This document shows positions 20,919 through 33,234 of a stretch of 64,000 nucleotides of DNA, in pieces. A program made the position numbers and the translations under genes. The DNA comes from Chloropicon primus (lineage: Eukaryota), in the NCBI GenBank assembly GCA_023205875.1, contig CP060772.1, forward strand, positions 124,001-188,000. The letters are read 5' to 3'. Position 1 is the stretch's first letter. Each line of letters begins with the position of its first letter. The notes beneath the pieces were generated by a model, which saw only the letters and a list, made by a program, of their open reading frames with translations, ran no database searches and was not told the origin of the DNA.

Positions 20919-22133
20919 TCAAGCGTCCTCGATGGGCGTCAGGATGTCATCACTAGCAGTGCCTCCGAAGCATTCGGGGACGAAGGAAGGGTCCATGAAC
21001 TTGCTGACGTCCTTTTGCTTGTAAGCAAAGCACATCCTCCTCCTGGTTTCCTTGGGGATAAAGTTGTGGATCAGTTTCCACGCGAGCCAAAAGATGGTCG
21101 GCGGCTTCCACAAGATGGCGGTCCCTAACCTTTCTGGAAAGTAGTTCTGCATGAGCTCCAGCATCGTCCCGAGGGCCGTCTTGTCCAGGCAATGCCCCCC
21201 AGTGTTCCTCAAATCCACGAAGACGCACATCTTCGACACCCCTCTCTCGTCGTCCATCGCGATGTGCATGATCTTGTCCGTGCAGTACTGAACAAACCTT
21301 ATCGTCTCCTCTAACGTCTGGTGCGCGACAATGTGCCTCGTGGCGACCACCTGGAAGCAGGGCGAGGCGTCAGGAGCGTCAGTTGCTTTGCAATCGTGTG
21401 CCGGCTTGCTTCCCGCGTCTCATGACGAAATGAAAGGAAGGTGACTTACCACAAGCACCGGCCTCCCGTTCCAGTCCCTCTCCTTGAGCATGAAAACTTT
21501 CTTGGCCGCCAAAGAAGTTTCTATGGTTTCGTGACGAATCCCTCCCACCGGGTTGATCTCCCTCCACCTGTAGTACTCCATCAGCATCTGAGTGGCCTGG
21601 TCAATGTCCCAGTTCCTGGCGATCAGGAACCTTCTCAGCGTGTGCTTGGACATGAACTCCTCCTTGACGGTCTCGGCACTCTCGGACAGAAAGCTGAAGC
21701 TTCCGTGAGAAATGCGCTCGATGGCCGCCATCTCTTGCATGATGTTGCTCTCCAGCCTCTCCAGGAGGTCTGTCTCCAGCTCCTCGATCTCCAACTCCGC
21801 TTCCTCCCTGAGAGAATCTTGCACGGTGCGATCCGTGTTCGACCTCCCCTTGGAAAGCAGAGCGATCCTCGAAGTGGACAGCTTTCTCAAGATGTTCTGC
21901 TGGTGCAGGAGCCTGTGCGACTTGAGGGCGAGCTCCCTATCCGCTCCACGTGCTGAATCTGCACCGACGCCATTCTCTGACCTGTGGCTGATCCTCGCGC
22001 TTGACTTCCCGATCCCAAAGCACGGGGACACGAGGGCCGAAACCTTTGGCTTCTTCTTCCCACTCATGCAGGTCACGTTCATCGCAGGCGAAGGCGGGGC
22101 CACTTCCTGGGCAAGGCTCGGGCCCTCCGCCAT
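20919..22133 (-). CDS. CRAL-TRIO (Sec14-like) lipid-binding protein; exons 22133-21450, 21350-20919
   Basis: TLRRFLIARNWDIDQA, DWNGRPV, QNYFPERLG, AWKLIHNFI, PECFGG. Confidence 0.85.
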
Positions 22134-22804
22134 GATGGGTCCCCCCCTCTCGAAGTTCTGCAGCACACGCACCCGAAGCCGAAGCGCCGGCGGAGCGTTC
22201 CCTTCCTCCCTTCCTCCCTCTCTCTCTCTCAGCAGAACGATCGACCGCTCCTCGTTGCTTAGGCCCAGGTTCTCGATCTCGTGATCCTTCCCAAGACGTC
22301 TTGAGACATTCTCCTCATGAGCTGCGCGTAACGCTTGCTGAACAACCTCTTCTTCTCGGCGAGGTAAATGAAGCCGCTGCAGAACAGAATGAAGAACACC
22401 GCCTGAGCAACCGCCACGAAAAGCATTGACGACTACCCTCTCCCAAGCTAGCACGCGCCAAATCACACCAATGCAAAACGGAAAACAGAGCGAGGATGAA
22501 GGGTCAGGGTCCACGAGGTCCGCATACACCGATGACAACGACCGTCGGTTACATCACGAGCACAAAGCCACACATGCCGCTTCCTGACGAATGCTTCCTC
22601 CCCAGGGAGGGAAGTAGAAGATTGTGGGAGCCCATAGAGGTCACAAAGTTCCTACCTTTTCAAGATGAACCGCCTCGTGGTCAAGTGCTTCTGGCGCGCC
22701 CCTCCCCTCCTCCTCCTCCATCTTCTCTCGAGGCGATGAAACCGAGGAGGAGGATTTAAAAATTTTGCTCGCTCGTCGAAAACGAGAATGGGACGAAACC
22801 GTCG

Positions 22805-23120
22805 TCCATTAGCGGCGAAGGGCGACAGCGGGAGGACGTAACCGGAGAAGGGAGCACCGTCATAACGTTCCTCGTCTCTTTATCTTTCGAACGAGCCTTC
22901 GCTTGAGAAAGATGCCGCTCTAGTGAGAATTGAAGAGACGGAAATGATGATAATCCACGTCTCATGCAGTGTCCATCCTGTCGCGGCGATGGGCGAGCGC
23001 GGAAGGACGTAACCGGAGGAGGGAGCGTGTTTTTAGTCTTCCTCGTTTCTTGATTTTTCCATCGAGCGGTCGCTTGAGAAAGATGACGCTCTAGTGAGGA
23101 TTGGAGAGACGGAAACGTGA
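22805..23120. repeat. Degenerate tandem duplication, about 171-bp unit
   Basis: GGACGTAACCGGAG and CGCTTGAGAAAGATG-CGCTCTAGTGAG-ATTG-AGAGACGGAAA each occur twice. Confidence 0.75.
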
Positions 23121-23136
23121 GGGCTTGTTTGTGACG

Positions 23137-24436
23137 ATGGCGGCGTCCTTTGCCCGAGGTCGATGTGTCGGGAGTGATCTGCTGCGGCCAATCACGCGGC
23201 GGCTGTTTCCTCCTCCTTTGTCATCGCCATCGACCTCAAGGTTCTCGTTGAGTTTGAGCACGGCGACCGAGGCTGGGCACCCGCTGAGGGTCATCAGCCT
23301 CGAAGGGCTTGGTTTGGACACTTCGGGAGCGTGGAAGCAAGGTTAGTGGCGACGTGCAACTCCTCTCTCTCTCTCTCTCTCTCTCTCTTCCCTTTCTTCC
23401 TCCCTCATTCTCCTCGAGTCTCCTCGGCGTTGTTGCTGACCGGCGTCGTGCAGTGGTTCACCAAGTCCAGGGCGTGTTCGAGGAGTCTCGGGCCACGGGG
23501 CTGGCTTGCTTTTACTTGGACGCGGGTTCCATCGTCCCGAAAGAGAGCATTGCTCGCGGGTACGAAAACTTGAAGGCTTTTCACGGCCTGAGCGACGAGG
23601 TGAAGGTCAAGTACCACAGCACCAGGTCGAGAATCAGTCGAGGGTGGGTTCCGCTCTTCGAAGAGCCGGCGTACGAGCAGAAAGTCTCGCACGTCGAGGC
23701 CTTCGATCTGGGGATGGAGGTCTCAGAGGAGGACGCCGCGGGAGACCCAGGAATTGGACCTAACGTTTGGCCAAGCGAGCTCAAAAGTTTCCGGAAAGAG
23801 GTGTACGGGCTTTACCAGGAGCTGACGGACGTTTCGGACGTTCTCTTCAGAATCTTTGCGCACGCTTTGGAGCTGGAGGACTTGGACTCCCTCGGCAGGC
23901 ATTCCACCACAAAGGCCCGGAGCGTGATGAGGCTGCTTCGGTATCCTCCTGAAACCGTCCAGGTGGTGGTGCAGGACGACGGCAAGGACATCGGGATCAG
24001 CGCGCACACCGATTTCGAATGCTTTACTTTGATTCACCAGTCGGCCAAGGGGCTCCAGGTGCTCGGTGCTGACGGCAGGTGGGTGGAGGTGCCGCCCCTG
24101 CCCGACAGCGATACTTCGTTCGTGGTCTTAATTGGGGACATGCTCGAATGCTGGACGAACGGGGAGCTTTTAGCAACGCCTCACCGAGTCGTGAGGCCAA
24201 AGGACGGGAGAGAGCGAATGTCCTTGATCCGCTTCAACGGTTTGGACAACGACACCCTCGTGCTTCCATTTCCTAAGTTTGGGAAACCGAAGCCAAAGTA
24301 CGAGCGTGGCATTCGGCAGGGCGATCACCTTCAGGAGGCGGCGGACAAGGCGCAGAAAAACACTGAGCGCTTGTTGGAAAAGGGGGATCTTCCTCCTTCC
24401 AAGTACTCGGCTCAGAATTCAGCCAAGACTCTGTGA
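23137..24436 (+). CDS. 2OG-Fe(II) oxygenase (isopenicillin N synthase-like); exons 23137-23341, 23454-24436
   Basis: RGWVP, GPNVWPSEL, MRLLRYPP, HTDFECFTLI (HxD), ATPHRV, RMS (RxS); phase-1 intron; transit-peptide-like N-terminus. Confidence 0.88.
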
Positions 24437-24644
24437 TCACCAGCACGCACGGTCGCGTCGGTTCACATGACTCTGAAAAGAATGTAACGTTTCTTACATT
24501 TTGGTTTTGTCTGTTCCTTCGAGGAAAGTAAATGCTGTCCATTCCGCTCCCCCCCCTGCCTCTCTTTCACTTGCAGGTTCTGTGTGTCCCAGAGTGTTCT
24601 CGAGTCCTCGCCGCCGTCTCCGTGTGCTCACCGCCGCCGTTCGG

Positions 24645-25709
24645 TTACACCCTGCTCACCACGGCCTTGGCGAGCGTGCCCTTGACCTCAGCTGGATCAG
24701 CCCGGCCCCTGAAGGTGCTGTAAGCCACCTTCATACAGTACAGGGACAAGAGTCCCTCCAAGGCCCACAAGATAACACCGATGAGATAAAAGATCCCAAG
24801 GACAGAGTTCTCGTTGAAGGCCTCCGCCATGGACATGAGGCCAGTGTAAGACCACTGGACGCCCACCGGAGGGCCGAAGAAGCACCAGACGCACCAAAGG
24901 ATGTGCACCGAGTAAAAGACGAAGAACATGAAGTAGGTGAGGGCCCTGTCCTTCTGGGCTGCAGTGTACAAGCGCATGTACCAAAGCAAGAAGGCAAAAG
25001 GGACGCCGGTGACCATGTAAATGATGGAGAGCAACCACGCTTGCAGGATCTTGTGATCGTCGTGGGCGTCCTGGCCGGCTCCAAAGAGGGCAGCCGTGGT
25101 GGCCAAACACTGCCAAGCAAAGCAGAAGGCCTCGCCAACGTACGAGACGTAGACCATCTTGACAGAATTTTGCAGTGGCCCTGGGATGTCAGCAGCGATG
25201 TCGTGCCTAAGGATTGGGCAGCATGGCGGCCAGTTCTTTGGCGCAAAAAGCTGTCCCGAAGCCTTGAGCCTCGATTCCAAGTCCTTCAACTCCTTCTCCT
25301 TCATGCTGAGCTCCTGCTCGCGAGCCTCCAGGTTCTGCTCCCTCTTCTTCAAAATATCGCCGTCCACGGCAGACGATCCTGCACCTCCAGAGGAAGCCAC
25401 TCCGCCGCCAAAGGCTCCGCCTGGCTTGAAGGCTCCGATGCCTCCTCCGCCCCACGCACCAGAAGACGCCTTGAGTTGAGTTGAGTTGAGTTCCAGTCGA
25501 CGACGAAGACGACGCAGAGGCAGTGGTGAGGGTCAGTCCGTTGAGGATCAAACTCGGATGCAACGTGAAACATTCAGGAGACAGAGAGAGACAGGGACAA
25601 AGGTTTCTTAGCCCGTCTTCCTCTCTTCTGGGTCCTTTGTTTCTTCCTGAAAACTGTGGCTTACCTCCTTGCTGGTGCTTGGCTCAGGTTTGAAAGGGTT
25701 GTCCGACAT
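24645..25709 (-). CDS. SCAMP: Secretory carrier membrane protein; exons 25709-25665, 25469-24645
   Basis: N-terminal NPF (MSDNPF), coiled coil, KNWPPCCPILRHDIAADIP, four TMs with FLLWYMRLYTA. Confidence 0.9.
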
Positions 25710-26369
25710 GTTTTCTGTTTCCAAAAAAGGAGGTTATCGGGCAAGCGTTGCGTGATCCAATCGACTTGAAAGGATCAAAACGTCCTTGTAGTCCTTTGAG
25801 ACGAGCCGCAGAAAGAAAAATAAGACAACACCCACAAACGACGTCAGCTCCTCCTCAAACACCTTTCTTGATGGGGAGTCCAAAGAGAGAGAGGAAGAGA
25901 GAGAGAGCAAGGGACGATCTTTCCATCCGTTTCCCGAAACCTCACACCCTCCACCGCCCTCCTGCCCCTCCACCCCTCCCTCCTCCCCTCCACCAAGGCC
26001 AAGACCTTGGTCTCCTCGAGCCAAAAGAGGGAAACCACGCAAGTTCTCAGCCCCTGGGCCACCAAATCACTCGAGTAAAGTGTCTTTGGAAAGAGCAAGA
26101 GCCAAATGCGATGATCAGGCCATCCCCCTGTCACATCACGTCCCGTCCCTTGCGCTACCTTCACGAGCAAGACTCACCTCAGAGTCGGCCGTCAGTCGGG
26201 CCAAAATCTTTTGGTTTTCTGTTCCTTGAAAAATGAGCAAACCCTAAGATGGTTGAAATGGGTGTAAATTAAACGCTCCCTCGGCAGCGACGACGAAGGC
26301 GCAGAGACCCTTCCCTTTGCGGAGCTCTTGGGAACGAAGGGCGAAGGATAAAGCGGAGAGTGGCGGGTC

Positions 26370-26810
26370 AAACGAAAGAGCATCTCGAGATCTTTCCAAC
26401 GACACCTCCATCGACCCATTTGGTGCTCGGAGTGGTCGAGGAGAACCTATTGGAGGACTTGGTCTCCAGGAAAACTGAAAGTGTTGTCACTTTGACCTTA
26501 TCTTGAGATTTGGTGGTGAGTGAGGGAAGAGAAGGGATTGAGTGACAGCTCAAACAAAAGATCTTCTCCAGATCTTTCCGTAGAGCCCTCGCTCGACCCA
26601 TTTGGTGCTCGGAGTGGTCGAGGAGAACCTATTGGAGGACTTGGTCTCCAGGAAAACTGAAAGTGTTGTCACTTTGACCTTATCTTGAGATTTGGTGGTG
26701 AGTGAGGGAAGAGAAGGGATTGAGTGACAGCTCAAACAAAAGATCTTCTCCAGATCTTTCCGTAGAGCCCTCGCTCGACCCATTTGGTGCTCGGAGTGGT
26801 CGAGGAGACT
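26370..26810. repeat. Tandem array, 182-bp unit (about 2.3 copies)
   Basis: CGACCCATTTGGTGCTCGGAGTGGTCGAGGAGA occurs three times; TCTTTC at 26391, 26573 and 26755. Confidence 0.95.
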
Positions 26811-26840
26811 CCCGTCACGAATCATTGGCCTCACCTCATC

Positions 26841-27465
26841 ATGAAGGGATGTGGCTCCACGCTGGTGGGTGCTGGTGGTGGGAAGGGCGAGAGCGCGTGT
26901 TATGTGATGGGAGGCTTCCCCAGCCGGAACACGGAAAACTTCAGCAACTTGGCCTCAAGCAGCTCCAGGACAACTCCAGGTAAGTGCGGTTCGTCCGGTC
27001 CGGCCGGTCACGCACAACGTCGTGTGACTCCCTTCCCCTCCTCCTCCTTCTGCTGCCTCGTGTCTGTCTGTTCTAACCCTCTCCATCTCTCCATCTCTCC
27101 TTCTCTCCTTCTCTCCTTCTGAAACACCTCAAGCCGGTGGCGGTGGCGGTTCCTCGACGATGACGACGACGGTATCGGAGGATGCCTCCAGCTTGACTTG
27201 GGGCACGGCGAGTCAGCAAACCAACTTCGACACTTACATCGCGACGCATGACAGGGCAAGCTTGCCCAAGGATCAGGTCATTGGTACCGAGAAGGTGAAC
27301 GTGTTGCTGAAGCACTTTTACGATATTGGGGAGAGGCAAAAACACGGCGGAGGAGGGGAGAGCCCAGAGAAGAACGCGTCGTCGAGGGCCAAGGGAAAGG
27401 GGAAGGCGAAGAAGAGGATCGGCTCGGAGATGGCCTCAACCAGGGAGATGAAGAAGAGGAAGTAG
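26841..27465 (+). CDS. DDA1: DET1- and DDB1-associated protein 1; exons 26841 (or 26907)-26979, 27134-27465
   Basis: GGFPSRNTENFSNL and TYIATHD...DQVIGTEKVNVLLKHFY; phase-1 intron. Confidence 0.85.
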
Positions 27466-27608
27466 GGGAGTGAGAAAACAATTGTTGCTCCTTTTTTGTT
27501 TGTTTGTATCTTCCAGGTTCAGTTACAATAGAAATAAGAATATATATACTGTATGAGAATGATGACTTATCCCATCACACTCTCTGTAAGTAGATACAGA
27601 GTGCCGCA

Positions 27609-29068
27609 TCACCTCTTCTTGTACACGCAGGAGCTCAGCTTGGGCCAGCTGGCGACGAGATCCTGCGGCGAAGAACTCTTTCCCGCCTCGTTCGCCTTGC
27701 CCTTGCCCTGCCCATGCTTCTCAAAGACGTACGTTACGAACATCTTGTTGGAGTTGTCGTGCTTGAGGAGCTTGAAGTTCAAATCCGAACAGATTCTTTT
27801 CACAAAGTCGGAGTTCCTCGTGTCTCCTCCCTTCACCTTTGAGTACCGGGACCTGACCTCCGCAATCCACAGCGTCCCGTTCGCCTTGAGGCATCGCTCC
27901 GCTTCCCTCAGGAACAGCGGATAGTCGTTGCCCATCAGAGCCAAACAGAAGATCGCGATATCGCAGCACCCGCTCTCCAGGGGGACCTTGGCCATGTTGC
28001 AGGCCACAACCCTCGGGTTCTTCGAGACCAAGTCGAACGAGTGGCACTCGACCACTGCGGCAGAGGACGACGACTTGGAAAAGTGGAGCGAAACCTCCGC
28101 GTCGCCGCAACCGAAATCCGCGACGCGGAGCGGCTCGCCGCCCTGTTTCTTGTGCTGCTGCCGCGCCCTGTTCTGGATAAACTTGATGGCAACGTCGACT
28201 GGTCGAACAGGCCAGTGCTCCGTTTGGGTCTGGAACCCCAAGTGGTAGTTGTCAAACATTTTGTCGTCCTTCTGCATCATTTCAAACGCTTCTCTGCCGC
28301 TGCAGGTGTACAACTTCTCGTTCAGCCACCTGAATTGAGAGCCTTGCAGCCGGTTGCGCATCTTTTCCAGAAGATTGGGCTTCTTTCCATTCGGCCTCGT
28401 CTCCTCTTTCGATTTCGGCCTCGTCGAGTCCTTCGCCTCACTTCCAAGCCGCGGAGAAGGCTTGCTTCTCCCGGCATCGGGAGCGTTCCTCTTCGCCCCC
28501 GCAGACTCTTTCCCCTTTCGTGCCTCCTTCCCTCTCTTCGACTTTCCAAGCTTGGACCCGCTGGCATCCCGATAGCCACCTCCCTTGGCACCGGGACCAT
28601 TATTACCGTCCTCCCTCTTCCCTCTTCCCTCCCTGCCGGAACAATCGCCGCCGCTCTCGCCAGACCTCCCCGCGTTTGGCGTCTCCTCCCCTGGTGAGCG
28701 AGGAGAAGAGAAGCATGGCCGAGACACATCCATCCAAGTGAGCGAATGGCAACCCTGGTCAGTCCAAAACCAAAACCAAAACAACAACAACAACAACACA
28801 GTCCGCTCCAACCAAAGTCTGCGAGCTTACCTTCCGGGCTCTCAAAGTCCGGTACGGTGAGGAGCAAGTTCGATGCAATGTCCTTTCGAAGCTTCTTCTT
28901 CTTCCTCTTGATCTGCTGGTGCCGGGTGTTCCTCTCCCTCTTCTTCATCTCCTTCTCCTTCAACCGCAACTCCTCCTCCTCCGCCGCCGCGTCGTCCTCC
29001 TCCTCCACTGGCACAGGACGCCTCTGCTGCTGCTGCTGTTGATGACGTTGACGATGATGTTGCATCAT
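27609..29068 (-). CDS. RRP8: rRNA methyltransferase RRP8; exons 29068-28831, 28690-27609
   Basis: LQGSQFRWLNEKLYT, YHLGFQTQTEHWP, VADFGCGDA, IFCLALMG, LWIAEVRSR, C-terminal CVYKKR. Confidence 0.92.
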
Positions 29069-29386
29069 GACTCAATCACTCTCAAGACTCCGTCCACTGG
29101 GTCCTCGGCATCAAATGAGACCGAACAAAAACTCCTTCCAGTCCCAAACCCCCTCCGCTCTGCCTCTCCCTCCCCTCAGTCCTCGTTGCTCAAGGCCTCT
29201 CTGCAGACCCAATCTTGAACCAGGTCCCTCGATCAATCCGGAAGCCAAATGGGTCGAGCGAGGGCTCGTTCGAAAGAGAAAGAGACGATATTGCAATCAC
29301 TCAAGCGCTTCACACCTTCTCCTCCCTCTCTCGTCACTGAATTCGTCCCAGAAGCGGAGTGATTCAGCCGCCAGTTTCCGCAGAGC

Positions 29387-29773
29387 AAATCTTGAAACAC
29401 TCGAGTCTAATCGATCACTCCGAGCGCCAAATGGGTCAACCAAGGTATCGTTGGAAAGATATCGATCTCTTGTTTCGTAATCTCGAGTCTCCTTCACCCT
29501 CCACTCCCTCCCTCTGCCGCCAGACCTCGCCAACGCGCTCTCCCTCCGTCCCCCTCCCTCCGCTGAGCCGTATGCCTCCAGTTGTGGAGGTCTCTCTGGC
29601 GAGGGACGAAAGGAGAAGGGCAGCGCGTTCGAGGGCGAGGAGGGCGGAGGAGGGGAGGGAAGGGGTCGAGTGACGGATCACACGAAAGATCATCTCGCGA
29701 GCTTTCCAAAGACACCTTGTTCGCTTCGTTTGGCGCTCGGAGTGATCGATTAGACTCGAGTGTTTCAGGATTT
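29387..29773. mobile_element. MITE-like element (about 385 bp) bounded by about 45-bp inverted repeats
   Basis: AATCTTGAAACACTCGAGTCTAATCGATCACTCCGAGCGCCAAA (29388-29431) matches the reverse complement at 29729-29772 with one mismatch. The interior is duplicated at 17.1-17.4 kb. No clear TSD. Confidence 0.55.
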
Positions 29774-30056
29774 GAAGCAGAAACCACCTGAGAGGCCTGC
29801 CTTGTCGAGGACGGTGACGACGAGGACGGCGACGAGAGGAGAAGAGGAAGGTGTCATACGAATCTTTGACTTGCGGGCTTTCGATTGGTGTATCGCTTGC
29901 CTGATTTGGTTTCCGCTAGCGGCGGAGTGGACTTTTGTTCCAGAAAGGGAAGGAGAAACCATCTGAGAGGTGAGCCCTGTGCCATGGTGGAGGGAGTGAA
30001 TGGAGTTTAGGTTTGTTTTTCTTCCGGTTCCATTGAAGCGTTTGTGTTAGAAGGGG

Positions 30057-31547
30057 ATGATGTCGGATGGTTATTCAGATGGAGAAGGATTGGGTGATGC
30101 CTCACTGGCAGGGTTGGCTGAAAAGAGGCCGGCGTCGTCGGCGGAGACCACACCACTGGAGCAAGGGGAGTGGCCCAAGGCTAAGCGCGGCAGGGTAGCC
30201 GAAGCAGGAGGGGGTTCTGGGTCTAGCACAAGTTCAGCCTCACTCTCAGGGGGTGGAAGAGATTGCGACGAGGAGACAGAAACGGAAGACTTAACAACGA
30301 GTAAAGAAAGTGACGAGGAAGTGACGAGGAACTTGGAACTTGAGCAGGAGGAAGTGGTTCGGGGCGAGCTGGGGGGAACGCCAAGCACGGTGCAGAGCCG
30401 CGAGGCCGAGGCCAGTCCTGTCGATGGGAACGAGGGCACTGCCTCTGGGGATTGCGATTCGGGAGGGGAGGGTCCTGGCGACACGGCGGTGATTCCTCCC
30501 GGGTTGCCCGCCGCGTATGACGAGCTCGAAGCTCGCGCCACAATAGAAAAGATAAGCGCAGACGTGGCTGACATCGAGAAGCGGCTTGAGGAGAAACGCT
30601 TTCCCAGGCTTCGCCTGACTTGGTCAGAAGAGGAGGAGAAGATCTTCATCGAGGCCCACAAGAGGCTGGGCAATCGATGGGTCGAGATTGCCAAGGTGCT
30701 GCGTGGTCGTGATGCGAGGTCTGTCACGAACCATTGGTATAACTCCACGAAGAACGCAAGCAAGAAGGGCTCTCTCCTCAGGCAGTACAGGATATCGTTA
30801 ATGAACGGGAAGGACGACAGCAAGGTCGATGATAAGTCTGGCACCTGCACCTTGACCTTTCAGAGCGAAGGGAAAGGCAGCGGCAGCTGCGGCGGCAGCG
30901 GCGGCAGCGAGGACAAAGACAAGTGGGAGGACAAGAAACCGGATGACGCGACGCAGTCCACAGCTCGGCGGAATGCGTGGACTTTAGAAGAGGACGAGAT
31001 TTTCGTCAAAGCTCACAAGGATTTGGGAAACAACTGGGCCGGGATAGCCAAGCGATTGCCGGGGCGGAACTATCACGCTGTCTACTATCATTGGGAATTT
31101 GCTCTGACCCGCAAGTCGGTGTCACCCTTGCAGGAATACCGAAAGTCTCTGCTGTGCGGACCCAAAGGAAAGGACTCTCTCCTCGCTCAGTGCATGGGTT
31201 TAAGCAGCGGTAGCGGGAAGGATGACAGCAAGGTCGATGATGAGTCTGGCACCTGCAGCTTGGCCTTTCTGAGTGAGGGGAAAGGCAGCGAGGACAAGAA
31301 ACCGGATGACGCGACGCAGTCCACAGCTCGGCGGAATGCGTGGACTTTAGAAGAGGACGAGATTTTCGTCAAAGCTCACAAGGATTTGGGAAACAACTGG
31401 GCCGGGATAGCCAAACGATTGCCGGGGCGGAACTATCACGCTGTCTACTATCATTGGGAATTTGCTCTGACCCGCAAGTCGGTGTCACCCTTGCAGGAAT
31501 ACCGAAAGTCTTTGCTGTGCGGACCCAAAGGAAAGGAGGGCGTTTGA
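30057..31547 (+). CDS. MYB-domain protein with three spaced MYB repeats; repeats 2 and 3 come from a recent 363-bp duplication
   Basis: WSEEEEKIFIEAHKRLGNRWVEIAKVLRGR, and twice WTLEEDEIFVKAHKDLGNNWAGIAKRLPGR. Confidence 0.85.
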   Translation: MMSDGYSDGEGLGDASLAGLAEKRPASSAETTPLEQGEWPKAKRGRVAEAGGGSGSSTSSASLSGGGRDCDEETETEDLTTSKESDEEVTRNLELEQEEVVRGELGGTPSTVQSREAEASPVDGNEGTASGDCDSGGEGPGDTAVIPPGLPAAYDELEARATIEKISADVADIEKRLEEKRFPRLRLTWSEEEEKIFIEAHKRLGNRWVEIAKVLRGRDARSVTNHWYNSTKNASKKGSLLRQYRISLMNGKDDSKVDDKSGTCTLTFQSEGKGSGSCGGSGGSEDKDKWEDKKPDDATQSTARRNAWTLEEDEIFVKAHKDLGNNWAGIAKRLPGRNYHAVYYHWEFALTRKSVSPLQEYRKSLLCGPKGKDSLLAQCMGLSSGSGKDDSKVDDESGTCSLAFLSEGKGSEDKKPDDATQSTARRNAWTLEEDEIFVKAHKDLGNNWAGIAKRLPGRNYHAVYYHWEFALTRKSVSPLQEYRKSLLCGPKGKEGV

Positions 31548-31664
31548 AGCGACGACGATGGCGCGGTGTGGTCAATCGAATGCACAAGCTCACGATGACC
31601 GCGTTGCCTTCACTGCCTACTGATTTGCAATATTCAAAGGATATAATACATGTAAATGCATCCG

Positions 31665-32660
31665 TCACCGAGAGTTCAAGTGTCCAGAAATCTTCTCGTA
31701 AATGATCCATGTCATGACAGTTGCAGGCGAGAGCTGAAGCACCCTGAGTTGCAAGCCAGCAAACAGTCCTTTCATGCCTTCTTTCCTCCACAACTGCAAT
31801 GCGCTGCCTCGTATGCCCACATTCGTACCCCCCTCCGCACGCTCGAGTATTCCAGGAGGAAGGGCTTGCATTCTTGTTTTCAAGACATCAATGGGGTGAG
31901 TGCACACACATGCCACCGCGCTCGCTGCCGCCGCGCAAGCACCCAAACGCATCCAGTTGCTGCCCGCCTTCTCCGCTTGTTTGCCAGGGACTTCAGAGTC
32001 TCCGGACAATGCCAAGTCTTTCAGAGACTCGTAGGTCGATATATAAACGGTGCTCCAAGGAACCCAAAGCATGTTGCCACGCCAGTACCCTCTCATGAAC
32101 ACGCTCAAACCTTCCTTGTTGGCAATCCGTTTCACAAGTTCGGTGGTCGTGTACAACCGGTCTTGTTGCCCACTCGCCACAAGAGAGGCTTGCACCTGCA
32201 TCCTTTCCTTCGTGATGTCTACGGGGGTGTAGATAACATTGGCGAAGAGCTGAGCGCTTATGCCGCAAACTGCGCCCTGCAGCCCGGCGCTCTTCCCAAG
32301 GCCCAACTCTCTCACCACCGAACTGTCTTGAAACGCATCCGACTGGAACACAGCTTTGCCGAGTTCATAACCGAAGAAGTACGTCGCACTCCCAGGTATC
32401 GTGCCAAGCAAAGCAACGTGGACCCCGGGAAAGAAACCCTTCAGGATCCCGTGGGATCTCCACGTGCGCGTCACCGCATTCGCCCAGGTGGTCCTCCCCT
32501 CGACACTCGTCGTCAAGGTCGCTCTCACTTGCGACCTTGACTTCAGTGTCTCCAGAGGGTACGTCACTAACCTGGGAAGCAGGCCGGAGAACGCTCCACC
32601 CAATGCTCCAAAAGCAAGTTTCTTCAAGTCCTCCGCACCACCACCTCCCTCCCTTGCCAT
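31665..32660 (-). CDS. Mitochondrial carrier family (SLC25) protein
   Basis: Three PxD/ExxKxRxQ signatures: PLETLKSRSQ, PVDITKERMQ, PIDVLKTRMQ. Confidence 0.9.
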   Translation of the reverse strand: MAREGGGGAEDLKKLAFGALGGAFSGLLPRLVTYPLETLKSRSQVRATLTTSVEGRTTWANAVTRTWRSHGILKGFFPGVHVALLGTIPGSATYFFGYELGKAVFQSDAFQDSSVVRELGLGKSAGLQGAVCGISAQLFANVIYTPVDITKERMQVQASLVASGQQDRLYTTTELVKRIANKEGLSVFMRGYWRGNMLWVPWSTVYISTYESLKDLALSGDSEVPGKQAEKAGSNWMRLGACAAAASAVACVCTHPIDVLKTRMQALPPGILERAEGGTNVGIRGSALQLWRKEGMKGLFAGLQLRVLQLSPATVMTWIIYEKISGHLNSR

Positions 32661-33195
32661 CTTCCTCGCTCCTTACTGCTCCATGCAAAAGCCACCAAAA
32701 ACGCAAACACACCGAAATCCCTCCCCTTTTCGTCGCCTCCCTTGGCCTCCTCGTCACACAGGAAGCCTAATTCCCTGCTTCAGTACCTCCAACGCCTGTG
32801 CTTGTCCACCTCACACCTCCACCACCACCAGTTCCTCCCCTCCTCCTCCCTTCCCCTTCCCCGTTGTCAACAACAAACACCTTCCCTTCATCCAGTTCCC
32901 TCCACCGGAGCGTAACCGACGAAAACGTGCGTTACGTTGGACGAAACGTTACCCCCCTGGCCACCTCAATCACCACAAGAACCCCGAACAAACCCAAGGA
33001 ACCAGTCGAGTCCTTGTCCCATCCATCTGCTTCAACCCAACCTCACCAGCATCCCGCTGTCAGTTCAATACTCATGACAGAGTTAAATGCTTCGTGCGAC
33101 ACATCATTCGAAAGCTGAGAATGAGACGCTTCCATCGGTGTGTCGCACTCCCTCCTCTTTTGACCTCGCCGCCCGTGAGGCCTCCTCGAACACTC

Positions 33196-33234
<39 letters not shown>

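Noticed and set aside
26370..26810. Repeat arrays as possible CRISPR
   Set aside because: The units are long, the intervening sequence is duplicated rather than unique, there are no cas genes, and the context is eukaryotic.
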